64,000 bases of DNA from the human T2T-CHM13v2.0 reference genome, Homo sapiens. Position numbers and translations under genes: made by a program. The stretch is taken from the NCBI RefSeq assembly GCF_009914755.1, contig NC_060934.1. One strand, written 5' to 3'. The notes under the pieces were generated by a model. That model had not been told where the DNA came from. It ran no database searches and was given only the letters and a program-made list of their open reading frames with translations. Of the stretch, positions 1 through 12,711 are shown in pieces (the stretch's first letter is position 1; the number at the start of each line of letters is the position of its first letter).

Positions 1-339
1 AAAGACACATAGCTAATGTGCAGAACAGGATTTGAGCCAGGATCCTAAAGCCCATTCCTTTTCCCCAAACAGAACCCTGTCTGTGCTGCTGACTCAATAG
101 CAAGGCATCTTTGAGCAGCAATTGTTGCTGTGGGGCTAGTTAAAGGTTAATGTCACTAATATTTCATTCTTTGAGTCCCTCTTTGCTTGCTGACATTCTC
201 CTGTGCAGGCTGCAGCTTTGTTAAAACTCAGTCACAGCTGTGACAACTGCAGAGGGTCTGCCCCTGGGCTCCTGCTGCTGTCCAGGTCAGGGAAGGGGCC
301 TGGCAGTCACCCCTCATGTGGGCCAAGATCCTGGGGGCC

Positions 340-792
340 TGTATCCATGGCCCAGGACTGACGCAACAATGTGCCACAGATTAAATGGCTTAAAACAACA
401 GATGTTTATTCTCTCGCGCTTCTGGAGGCTGGAAGTCCAAAAATCACAGGTTGACAGGGTCCCACTCCCTCTGGAGTCTCTGGGGAAGAACCTTACTTGG
501 CTCTGCCTGGTCCCTGGAGTTTGCTGGTCATCCTCAACATTCCCTGGCTTGTGGCTGCATCCCTCCCATCTCTGCCTCTGTTGTCACATGGCATGACATG
601 TGTCTCCCTGTATGTCTCTGTGTCCAAACTCTCTTCTTCTTATAAGGACACCAGTCACGGGATAAGTGCCCGCCCTAATCCAGTATGACCTTATCTTCAC
701 TTGATTACATTTGCTAAGACCCTTTTCCAATCACATTCCAGGGCTTAGGACCTGAATATGTCTTTGAGGGGAATACAGTTCAACCCACAACA
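340..792 (-). mobile_element. MaLR solo LTR, MLT1 family (MLT1C/D-like)
   Basis: TG...CA ends with recalled MLT1 motifs (ggcttaaaacaacaga, tctggaggctggaagtccaa, cttataaggacaccagtca, cagttcaacccacaaca). Confidence 0.8.
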
Positions 793-1803
793 GGACACAG
801 GGAAGCCCAAATTAATAAACCCCCTTCTTTGAGCCCTCTCACCTGTGGCCCCTGCACTGAGCAAGATCCTTCCTCCTCCACTACCGGGGGCTGAGCTGAT
901 TTACCAGGCTGGCTACAGAGGGCCAGGAATGGGAGGGGGAGCCTTCTGAGTCCTCATGCTCCTTCTCGGGTCATGAATTTTGTTTTGTTTTAACATCCAT
1001 GTTCCAGACCAAACCTTTCTTGGGGGCCTTCAAGTACCTGGAGGCCTCCCAGTTGAGTCAAATAACATGACAGGATGAAGAGCCAGAGTCCGGGGGCATA
1101 AATGTGCTAAGTCATTGGTTCAAGACAGGTGGTAAGTCATATGCAGCCAAGGGCTGGCACCCCTGTGCACCGTGCTTCCAGACTTTCCCCAGCTCTGTGT
1201 ACCCTAACGTTCCTTAGCAGTCAAGGTCTGTTTAAGGCCTGCCTCTCCTCTCCTACTTCCCCTGGCCCAGAAGTGTCTAGGTATGGACATTGTTCTCTTC
1301 TGGTATGGACATTGTTCTCTTCCATTCCCAACCCAACACATAATGAAGGAACCCCCAGGCATACGCTCGTGGCTCCTCCAGGGAGTCTAGTTGGTACTGT
1401 TATTCTTGGTGATCCCTGGGCACCAACCTGAGAGGAAATATAAATGAGGCACCAAACTCCCAGTCATTAGGCGGCCATTCAGATGATCCAGAATATGTTT
1501 CAAATAATTTTTTTAAATTTTACTAGAATGAAAATATAAAATTTTAAATCCTCATAGAGAATTCCTAGAAACAAATAATATCTAGGATCAGGTTGAGAAA
1601 GATAATCTTTATCCTGTATAGAAAACTACCTACAGTAGCCCCAATGAACTGGTCCCCTTCCTCAGTGATACTCCCCATGAGGCTCATGGCCCCTACAAAT
1701 GCCTTTCTAGCCCAATTTCTTCCAAATCCAGTTACCATGATGGATCTAAGGGGAAGCCTTTCTTTGACCGCCCTTACTTTTCTTTTTTCTTTCTCTCTCT
1801 CTC

Positions 1804-2115
1804 TTTTTTTTTTTTTTTCTTCTGAGACAGGGTCCTACTCTTCTGCCCAGACTGGAATGCAGTGGCATGATCATGGCTTACTGCAGCCTTGAACTCCTGG
1901 GCTCAAGTGATCTTCCTGCCTCAGTCTTTCAAGTAAGCTAGGACTACATACAGCATGGGCCACCATGCCCAGATAATTTTTAATTTTTTTTTGTATAGAG
2001 ATGGGGGGTCTTGCTATATTGCCCAGGCTAGTCTCAAACTCCAGGCCTCAAGTGATCCTTCTGCCTTGGCCTCCCAAAGTGCTGAGATTATAGGTATGAG
2101 CCACTGCACCCAGCC
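1804..2115 (-). mobile_element. Alu (AluJ-like)
   Basis: Poly-T followed by a reverse-complement Alu dimer ending ccactgcacccagcc. Confidence 0.92.
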
Positions 2116-2765
2116 CATCCTTAATTTTCTAGATGCTCATCACGTACTTGTAACCATCTCTATCTTTGGGGCTACAATGGATAACAGAAGTAAGTGTGTT
2201 CCTAAGATAAATATTTAGTGAGTAGATTCATTAATTACAGAGAAGAGCTGTGTGCCCTTCTTCCCAGTAACAAGATGCTACTTCTAACCAAAAAGCCAAG
2301 ACTGTCATGTACACGCGAAATACATGAAATACGTAATGGAGGCAGGCATGGCTGTAAAAGGCATGCTTGGTAGGGATTCTGGGAAGAGGAATTCCACAGC
2401 AGACACCAGTGGATAGTGCTGTGCAGCGTACTCAAGACCCAAGGGCAGAGATGATCAATGGAAGGGCAGTGCAGGACCCACTGGCTGTGACCATGTTATT
2501 TATTTGTGCCCTACACACTTCCTAAAGGATTTCTGAAAATGGAAAGAGAAGACCAAAACCCGAGCCTGAAGAAGGAGGAAGAAAATATACTCCACACTTC
2601 AACTAGAGTTGTAAAGAATATGAAATGGAGCTCCACCTTTCGAGGCAGTCAAAGAAGGGAGGTAAAGGAAGGGAAGCAGTTATTCTTATCTGATAAGAAG
2701 AAACCTACCAGTTCTTCAGGGGTGGCCATTTTCTTTCTGATACTCAGTTGTAAGAAGTATTCCTT

Positions 2766-3067
2766 GGCCGGGCGCGGTGGCTCACGCCTGTAATCCCAGC
2801 ACTTTGGGAGGCCAAGGCGGTCAGATCATGAGGTCAGGAGTTCAAGACCAGCCTGGACAATATGGTGAAACCCTGTCTCTACTAAAAATACAACAAAACT
2901 AGTCAGGCGTGGTGTCGCGCGCCTTTAGTCTCAGCTACTCAGGGGGCTGAGGCAGGAGAATCGCTTGAACCCAGGAGGTGGCGGTGCAGTGAGTTGAGAT
3001 CACGACACTGCACTCCAGCCTGGGTGACAGAGTGAGACTCCTGTCTCAAAAAAACAACAACAAAAAA
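2766..3067 (+). mobile_element. Alu (AluS, Sg-like)
   Basis: ggccgggcgcggtggctcacgcctgtaatccc... through an A-rich tail. Confidence 0.95.
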
Positions 3068-4496
3068 GAATTCTTCACATTTGACAAATCGAGCCTCCTC
3101 CATGTGTTTTCATATTAACGCAGTGTCAGGGCCGGGCTGGTCAGCTAAGATGGCTGGGCTGCACCACACCAATGAACAAGGCCCCAAATGTGTGGGAGGT
3201 GAAGGCTAACACATCGCTTACTGGCTGAGCTGAAAGGAAAATAGAGCTTTGGGTGACTTCCCATCTCTTCTGTGTAACAGGAGCCTTCTTGACAAAAGGC
3301 AAGAAGACAAATAGCCCTTCTGGAAACACCCTGTCTATACCAGGGCAAAACCTCACCAGCTGTTTGCAGACAGGCATGTGGGAATTTAGATTTGTATCAG
3401 GCCAGCTTCATGTTCTCTGAGAACTTGTTACAGAGAGCAAATTTGGTGGTGTATTCCATCCCTAAAATGCCAGGGGAAATATTACCCAGGGATTTGGCCC
3501 ATCTGTCTGGGGCTGTCTCCACTGCCCACCCCTCCCCTACTTCAACATAGGGCAGTCCAACACTGTACAATACAGGATGTGGTCGTGGGCAAGAGCTAAA
3601 TGTGAAAAGGGTTGTTTGCAGAGCAGCAAGAAACTGACCAATAATGAGTCCAGTCCTCAAAGCAGCTGATAACAGGGGACTGAGGCCCAGCTAGAATGCA
3701 ACCCCCAGTAAATCACTGTTAATTGCCAGTAAGACAGGAATGAAGGCTCTGCTTGAACTTGCAAGTTTATTTCAGGTTATTCCAAGCTTTCCCGGGCAAG
3801 GAGGCAGAACGGGCAGAGGGGGTGGAAGAGAGACTGCTCCCCACCCTTTTCTAACTGTGGGATAATGTTTTGCAACATCAACAGCAGCCGCTGATGGCTA
3901 TGGGAAGGCGCACACAAATTTAATTTAATACAAACAGAAAGTTTGCTTATTCTTCCCACTTTTACAGTCTGGGCTGAAGCATGGCATTTGGAATAATTAA
4001 CTACATGAACACATTAATGTACACCATGCACAGACAGGGAGCAGAGATAAGAAGCCTGAGTCACCAGGAGCGGGATTCCACAAATGGCTGCTAAAAGTGA
4101 GTTGGTGCAGCACTGTCCTACTTGATACAGTAGATAAGAGGACGTGTAAGGCAGATGGATGGATAAAGAAAGTGTGGCATATATACACAATGGAATATTA
4201 TTCGGCCTTAAAAAGAAGGAAATCCTGCCATTGGCAACAACATGGATGGACCTGGAGGACATTACGCTAAGTAAAATAAGCCGAATACCGCATGATCTGA
4301 CTCATATACAGAATCTGAAAAAGGTAAACTCACAGAAGCAGAGAGTAGAATGATGGTTGCTGGGGGTGGGGGAAATGGAGAGATGCTGGTCAAAGGGTGA
4401 AAGTTTCAGTTATAAGATGGATAAGGTCTGGAGGTCTAATGTATAGCACAGCAACTGACTATAGTTAATAATAACAGCGTATTGGTTTGGGGGTTC

Positions 4497-4794
4497 TGTT
4501 TGTTTGTTTGTTTGTTTGAGACAGGGTCTCGTACCATCACCCAGGCTGGAATGCAATGGCAGGATCATGGCTCACGGCAGCCTCCACCTCCCAGGCTTAA
4601 TCAATCTCCTGCCTCAGCCTCCTGAGTAGATGGGACTACAGGTGCCACCAAACCTGGCTAATTTTTGTATTTTCTGTAGAGATGGGGTTTTGCCATGTTG
4701 CCCAGCTTGGTCTTAAACTTCTGAACTCAAGCAATCCACCCTCCTCCGCCTCCCAAAGTGCTGGGATTGCAGGCATGAACCACCACACCCAGCC
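4497..4794 (-). mobile_element. Alu (AluJ-like) nested in L1M
   Basis: (TTTG)n tail followed by a reverse Alu dimer. Confidence 0.9.
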
Positions 4795-4846
4795 AATGTA
4801 TTGTTTACTTGAAATTTTCCTAAACATGGATCTTAAGTGTCCTTAC

Positions 4847-4847
<1 letters not shown>

Positions 4848-4882
<35 letters not shown>
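4848..4882. repeat. (CA)n microsatellite
   Basis: Seen directly. Confidence 0.97.
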
Positions 4883-4887
<5 letters not shown>

Positions 4888-5240
4888 ACTAAATGAGATG
4901 ATGGCTGTGCTAATTAGCTTGACATTGGTAATCAAGTCACAATGTACATGTATATCAAATTTTCACACTGTATACCTTAAATGTATACAATTTTTATTTG
5001 TCAATTATGTCTCAATAAAGCTAGGGGGGAAAAGATTGCACCTGCCCTCAAGGAGTTGGCCACGGCAAAACTGATGCCACTATTTAATAACTATAACAAA
5101 ATTAGAAGAGGAACAAAATCCTATCTTTCATAAAATCCAATTATGAGATTTTTTTGGGGCCAACTATGGGTGTTCCTCATGACAGTGGTTTCCTTGGCTG
5201 GGTGTGAAAAATCACTTCCGATTTTTAAAAACTTTTTATT

Positions 5241-5379
5241 GGCTGGGTGTAGTAACTCACGCTTGTAATCCCAGCACTTTGAGAGGCCAAGGTGGTGGGA
5301 AACATTGAAGCCAGGAGTTCAAGATCAGCCCTGGCAACATAGTGAGATGTCTGTCTCTATTTAAAAAAACAAACAAACA
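5241..5379 (+). mobile_element. Free left Alu monomer (FLAM-like)
   Basis: Single left arm with an A/(CAAA)n tail. Confidence 0.8.
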
Positions 5380-5788
<409 letters not shown>

Positions 5789-7627
5789 TTACCTATGCCT
5801 CCACATTTTTTGGCAAACTACTTAAAACAAGTACATTTAAAATATAATATGTATACGTACTGCAATATGTATAAATACTTCATTGTGCCTCTACCAGATA
5901 AAACCTTTGCACTTCAGTCCAAAACCAGTGACCACACCCAACAAAATTAACATGCACTCATTGTATTCTTCTGTTATTTTGGGTTCTACCTGCCCACATA
6001 CAGGATGTAGAGGGTAGTAACGGGAAGAGAGTCTTTCCTGGAGTTGAGATACCCAGTTCTCTTTTGCCACCACCAAGCAGGGTGACCCCAGGCCAGCTGA
6101 TCCCCCTCCCTGACTCTGTTTCCCCATCACTAATAGAAAATTAGAGATACTAGTGTCTCAAGTTTTCTCCAATTCCAAAATACTCCAAATACTGTTTATA
6201 ATTCACTTTAATTCTCCTCTTTGAATAGTCTAATATATATGTGCCTATAGGTTAATTAAATCCACTCTGCAAGACTGAGGAGCTCATAATTAAAGTATCC
6301 TAATCAGATCACACACACCAGAGGCTGCTGGTTGGTTGAAGGACTCCAATCTGAAGTCCACACCCAGAAGCAGCTACTACAAGCCTTCAGCTATTTTCGT
6401 GGTTGCTAAAAATGTTTCTTTGCTGAAATGAGTGGTGCTCAGGATAAATGGAGTGGCTGGAAATACTGTTCCAGCACTTCCACCCTCACATGAACAGGAC
6501 GTAAGAGTCTGGGTAAGCCCAGCAGGCCATACCATTCACAGTTGTATCCTAGGCTCAGGACAAAATGCAGTGCAGGGTCCACAGAAGGCTGGAAGATTCT
6601 GTTGCCTGATCCACTAGGGTAGCTAAATCCTGCCCCGTGTATTTTCTTGCACTTACCTTAAGCCAGATGTTTTTTGGGCAGAATACCTAAATGCCAGAGA
6701 GCTGGGGCCCAGAGGATAAACTGTAAGACTGTTTTGGGGCCTGCTTGCTAACAGATTTTTGGAGTACAGCTAAATTTGGTCTGAGACTTGTTCTCATTTG
6801 AACATCAATTGGGGATGAAATTCTGCGGAGGGGACCTGTGCCCCGCTTCTGTATCTTGCCATTGGAGGTCACTGGGTTCATCGAAAGCACCTTTGGTATG
6901 GTTATCCACTTCCACTATTTCTCTCCATCTGGAATTCCTTATTTTTCCCCACTTTTCCATAAATCCCATGTAACCGTTAAAGCCCAGTTCAAGTCCTGCT
7001 TTCTCCAAAAAGCCTTCTCCAACCATTGGGACTTAGATGACAGCAAGACAATATTAAACGGAACCTTAAGTCTCTCATGACCATGACATCTACTTGGGGA
7101 CTGCAGCAATACTGTGAGTCCTCACTGTGACAGGCTGGTGTCCACTGGGCCACCTACGGGACCCATGGAGAGGACACTCCGTAAGTGCCTGGCCGCTGGC
7201 TGGCAGGGCCAAGCTGGAGCTGCTCCTTCTGTCTCATCTCTCCTCATCAGCTGCTGGACAGAAGTGGCTGAAATCATGCCAAACGCTTTGCTCAGCCTGG
7301 TTGTTGATACTCAGTTCTCAAAGGAGAGAGCCAGGTGGGTTTGTGCTGAGAAGGTGATGGAAAGGAGAAAGGTGGGGATTTGGTCACCATCCTGGAAAGA
7401 AGAAATTCAGCTCAGCTGGGAAGAGGCAAATCAGGGAAGGAAAGCCTTTGAGGTGCGTAGTTGTAAACACTGATTCTGAAGAAAGTAGACTGGCAGGGCA
7501 AAGCCCCCTCATCAGTCCCCCGCGAAAAAAAGATGATTTACCAAGCTCAGAATTTGGGCCGTGGAAAAACTCCTATGTTTACTTTTTCTTTTTTTAAAAA
7601 AAACAAATACAAATAAAAACAGCACAA

Positions 7628-7893
7628 AGAAAACCAAACACCGCATGTTCTCACTCATAAGTGGGAGTTGAACAATGAGAACACATGGACACAGGGAGGG
7701 AACATTACACACTGGGGCCTGTTGTGGGGTGGGGGGCTAGGGGAGGGAGAGCATTAGGAGAAATACCTAATGCAGATGATGAGTTGATGGGTGCAGCAAA
7801 CCACCATGGCACGTGTATACCTATGTAACAAACCTGCATGTTCTGCACATGTATCCCAGGACTTAAAGTACAATTATAAAAAAAATAAAAAAT
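7628..7893 (+). mobile_element. Short 5'-truncated L1PA (about L1PA7) 3'UTR
   Basis: L1PA 3'UTR with the G-rich tract and poly-A; TSD aaacagcacaa at 7617-7627 and 7894-7904. Confidence 0.9.
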
Positions 7894-8682
7894 AAACAGC
7901 ACAAGAGCAAAAGGAAGATTTTTTTGGGGGGGTGGCGGGGGAAAGTCCCTTTATAGCTCATATACCTAGTGAACTAAATAGGACTCCAGTGTATGGATAA
8001 TATGGGTGAGTCTTCTATATTTTATCAAGGAAAAAAAAAGATAAAATGGAAGGCCTCTCCCCATGGGAACCACTACATTAACTTCTCCCCAGCAAGTCAC
8101 ATCTTGCAGAGACAGCAACAACAAAGGTTCTTTCCCTTAACTTGGACGAAACAGCAAAATTCTTGACTAATCTGTTCCAAATTGAAGTTTCTTCTTGGGC
8201 TTGGGGATTGATGCTCTAAATCGTTTTGTGGAGAATCTCAGGATAGCTGGAGAGGTTAACCCCAGATTGACCACTGCTGGTCCAGTCCCTTGGTCTCTGG
8301 GGATGCCCTGGGAGCCCCCACTTCTAGCCAGGAGCTTGGGATGCCATTCTTCATTCCAACAGTTCCCAGATTTTCCCTCTGTAAACACCAAGCCCAGCCT
8401 TGGGCTGACTTGCCATTGTGTGTCTGAGAATTTATGGCTCAGATAAGGGAAGCTGCACAGGGCTGGGCCGGGTAGGAGGGGCAGGGTTTGCCACCCGTGA
8501 AATGACCCAGTATTGTCTTTTGCTTCATTCTCCATATCTCAATATCCACAACAGGCCAAGGGTAGCCAGCTCCGGAAGCTTCCATGATGCCAAATACCTT
8601 CTCAATGACTTCTTTTGTATATTTCCTTCTATTTTTATTAAGCTTTTATTGGAAAAATGGAGTGTATGCATATGATGAAAAC

Positions 8683-8757
8683 ATATTTATATATACATAT
8701 ATAATATATATACACATATATGTATACATATTTATATGCACATATGTGTACATATAT
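8683..8757. repeat. Degenerate (TA)n / AT-rich low-complexity tract
   Basis: Seen directly. Confidence 0.85.
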
Positions 8758-9109
8758 AAAGCAACAATGAAAACATATGCAATGAAAATTTCCCCCATCT
8801 TAAAACCCTCCCAGCGTCAGCCCCTTCCTGGCAATGACTATCAATAAACTGTGCATCCTTCCAGGAATTTCCTATGCATAATATTCTCTACATAAGATAT
8901 TCACAGAAAAATACAGATAAAGTTATTTTATACAAGTAAGCTCACACTATTCTAGCATCCTGTACCTTGCTATTTTCACTTGCTAATGTGCCTTGGAGGC
9001 AACAGACAGCTGTGCCCCATTCCTTTTACCAGCTACGTGGTATTCCATGGAATGGATGCAATGTATGTTTTAAAATATATCCTTTTCTTCATAAAATACT
9101 ACATAATTC

Positions 9110-9313
9110 CATCCCGGGCAACAGGGTGAGAACCTGACTCTATAAAAAAATTTTAAAATTAGCCAGACTTGGTGGCATGCACCTGTGGTCCCAGCTACTC
9201 AGGAGGCTGAGGTGGGAAGATCGCTTGAGCCCAGGAAGTCAAGGCTACAGTGAGCCACGATCATGCCGCTGCACTCCAGCCTGTGTGGCAGTGAGACCCT
9301 GTCTCAAATTTTT
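9110..9313 (+). mobile_element. 5'-truncated Alu (AluJ-like)
   Basis: End of the left arm plus the right arm; flanked by ctacataattc direct repeats. Confidence 0.85.
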
Positions 9314-9408
9314 AAAATTCCTACATAATTCTTATTTTGCAAAATTTGCATTACAGGAAATGCATGTCAACGAGGAAAATCCCTTCCTCCCCACTTTTTT
9401 AAACTTTT

Positions 9409-9742
<334 letters not shown>

Positions 9743-11099
9743 TCAGTTCCAGCACTTCAAAGTCCCCTGACCACAGGCTTCCCCAAGAGGAGGACACTGA
9801 GACATTCACTTGGTGGCCAGCAGAGAGAAGATCAAGGCCACGCCCCCAGAGCTCCGTCTCTGCTCCCTTGTCCCCCTCTTGAAGTCTCTAGGCCTTTGTC
9901 ACCATGGTTACCTGCCAACCCCTTATCCCCCAGGTAGCGAGATAATCTTGCCCCTTCTCTGCCCATACAATCAGCACAGCCTAGGTCCACAGCGGACAGA
10001 AGATGCTGGTTGGGATGCAGTGAAGTCCCAAGACCACCCCTTCCTAGGATATGTACAGGATACAAAAAATAGAGCCCCTGCCTTCATGGACCTTCTGTGT
10101 CATATCAGAGTGACAACACACAGCCCCATAAGCTAAAACCATCTCCTATAAACTCTGCGAGCCCAACCCATTCTCACTCCTCCTCTGTTGCTTCAGCATT
10201 CCGGGCTTGGGAGGATGTTTTGTCGGTTATTTCATAGACTTTTACATGTTCACCCCTTAAATCTCCCAGGCAACGCGACCCCAAACATCCCAGCTAAAAT
10301 TACAGATTTGAAACGCCTGCACATTATCATTGGATTTTTCTGAAACTTGGTCATTCAAGCAGAAAGGGAAAAAGTGTTTCTGGAAACTTTCTTCGTGAGA
10401 CAAACAGCACAGCTGGCTAAACCTCTGGCACAGAACCATAATGCCAGGGGCAACAGGACTGACAATCAGGACAGTGGTCTCATTGAAGGAGCCGCAGATG
10501 CGATCCTGCCCTGGAGCCTCTTCATGGACACCCAGCTGAGCGAGAGAGACTCCCCTTCCCCAGCCCTGGCCTCAAAATAAACGCAGATGCTTGGAGCACT
10601 GGCTTTGATGAGCCATTCTCCCTGGTTTGGGAGCAGCAGCGTTTGCTCCGGATTTGTGCTGTCTTTAGCTGCTCAGCATTTACACAGGAGCTGCCAGAGT
10701 CCTGAACTCACCCCCTCGCTGGATGATTCTAGAAGAAGAAAAAAAAAATGCAGCTGTTTCAGCTTCTCCATCCTTGGAAAGAGCTTCCAACTAAGAGCTG
10801 GAAGGGGCCCAGCGCTGATGCTGCATCCTGAAGAAACTCTTTCCTAGACAGATTTTAGAGAGCTAGGCGTGTGGGATAGGAAGGAATGGAGGATGGGGGC
10901 AGAGGGAGGGAGGGGGTGGGGGTGGGCAGAGAGGTGGTTTAGGTCCCTTAGGGCCACGGAACAGGGGCATGGCTTTGGTGAGAAGGGAGTTTGTCATTAG
11001 ACCAGACATAACCTGCATATTCTTCCAGGTTCACTAAAGTGTCTGAGCTAACCTAGTCAGGTCAGGCATTACTCGGGGCTACTGCCTGATCCTCTAGAA

Positions 11100-11427
11100 C
11101 AGGGGTCAGTGAACTATATACCTAAATCAGACTCGACACCTGTTTTTATATGGCCCTCAAGCCATACAAATGGCTTTTACATTTTTAAATGACTGAGGAA
11201 AATCAAAAGAAGGATAATATTTCATGACGCATGAAAATTATATGAAATTTCAACTTTGGCGTCCATAGATATTTATTGGAACACAGCCATGCACTTTTGT
11301 TTACATAGTATCAGTGGCTACTTCCAGGCTACCATGCCAGAATTGAGTCATTGCAACACAGAATATATGACCACAAATCCTAGAATATTTCCTATCTGCT
11401 CATTACAAGAAAGCTTGCCAGCCCCAG
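11100..11427. mobile_element. MER58B (hAT-Charlie non-autonomous DNA transposon)
   Basis: caggggtcagtgaact...cttgccagcccca(g) termini, recalled MER58B interior (tttattggaacacagcca), 8-bp TSD-like ctctagaa/ttctagag. Confidence 0.8.
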
Positions 11428-11756
11428 TTCTAGAGCAGGCCAACAGGCAAAATCAAGGTTATCTTTCAGGAACTACTACTATAGCCAGAGAGAATACAAA
11501 TGTCCACAAACTTTTTATTGACAAAATTCAAAATATAATAATAATACTTTATTCCAATGCTTTGTGATACAGATCTACCAATGGGAGTGGAAATTTTTTT
11601 TAGTGGGGGTAACATTTTGCTTAATTGGGGTTCAACATTAGCATTTCCTGTCATTAAATCAATTGCAAATGTTTATTCATAAAAATCATTCTTAGCTTGA
11701 AGGCCATTGGCTGAGTTAGTTTTCCAACTCATGCCCTAAGACAAAAAGAAAAAAGT

Positions 11757-12052
11757 GGCTAGGCATCATAGCTCACACCTGTAATTCCAACATTTTTGAA
11801 GGATAAGGAGGGAGGATTGCTTGAGTCCAGGAGTTCCAGACCAGCCTGGGCAATATAGCAAGACCTTGCCTCTACTAAAAATTTTGAAAAATTAGCCAGG
11901 CATAGTCCCAGCTACACAGGAGGCTGAGGCAGAAGGATCACTTGAGCCCAGGAGATAGAGGCTGCAGTGAGCTATAATCACACCACTGCATTCCGGCCTG
12001 GGAGACAGAGTGAGACCCTGTCTCAAAACAAAAAATACAAAAAAACAAAAAC
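11757..12052 (+). mobile_element. Alu (AluJ-like)
   Basis: Dimer with ggaggattgcttgag; TSD-like gaaaaaagt/gaaaagt. Confidence 0.92.
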
Positions 12053-12271
12053 CAGAAAAGTGACTTCAATTTTCTAATCTCATACTCCAGTCCTCTAAGA
12101 GTCTAATCAGGAACAAATATAAAAATTTTAAATGGAATCTGGGAAAACAAAATTTACATGGCCAGTTGTACAGTTTCCTCCTACCTCTGCCAAAAAGCCA
12201 CCCCCTTAAAGGAACTGCACACACTAAACCTTGTTGGAGAGACTGTGAGATCTTGCAGGGGAAGAAATATG

Positions 12272-12450
12272 TTTATTCATTGCTGCATAAACACATTGAC
12301 TTGTGAAATAAATCAATATATATGGAGCATTAACTATGACCAGACCTTGTGCTCGGATCCAGAGGAAGTGGAATAGGGGTGACAAATGCAATACAAATCA
12401 GTATGAAATGTCATCTACACTTAAGGACTTCCAATTTAGTGGGGAAGAGA
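12272..12450 (-). mobile_element. L2 3' fragment
   Basis: Degenerate match to the recalled L2 end (tttattcatt...gagcattaactatgaccagaccttgtgct...cttaaggacttccaatttagtggggaaga). Confidence 0.6.
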
Positions 12451-12604
12451 GGGAATCAATGCCAATTAAGAGAACTAAACTTTGATGCTGATGATTCTAC
12501 TAAAGTAGCATCTGACTAGCATATAGACAGTCTAGATTGGATCCTATAAATGAACATTTGTTTTAACATGGGGTAGAGCCTATTCAGCTTCTCTTACTCA
12601 GAAG

Positions 12605-12711
12605 AATCACTGCTCCCATTGGAGGAGAATTCCAGCAATTACCTGACTCAAAAGAATCTACAATCACTGCTCCACTTGGAGGAGAATTCCAGCAATTACC
12701 TAACTCAAAAG
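12605..12711. repeat. 57-bp-period tandem duplication (about 1.9 copies)
   Basis: aatcactgctcc..tggaggagaattccagcaattacct.actcaaaag starts at 12605 and 12662; 3 mismatches in 50 nt. Confidence 0.97.

Larger units (their letters stand above)
4152..5022 (+). mobile_element. Old L1 (L1MA/MB) 3' end, interrupted by an Alu and a (CA)n repeat
   Basis: ORF2-end/3'UTR motifs (gatggataaagaaagtgtggcatatatacacaatggaata, catggatggacctggaggacatt), ending ctcaataaagct. Confidence 0.8.

Noticed and set aside
2340-2370. p53/p63-like CATG half-site pairs (also at about 31107-31128)
   Set aside because: Mismatches and non-canonical spacing; expected by chance.
10278-10340. LRR-like peptide NIPAKITDLKRLHII on the plus strand
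   Set aside because: Isolated, lacks the conserved Asn and lies upstream of the putative LRRNT cap, so it does not fit the domain order; treated as chance unless an orthologue aligns here.
10587-11065. Signal-peptide exon for the fossil gene
   Set aside because: No convincing combination of ATG, hydrophobic core and phase-1 donor could be identified.
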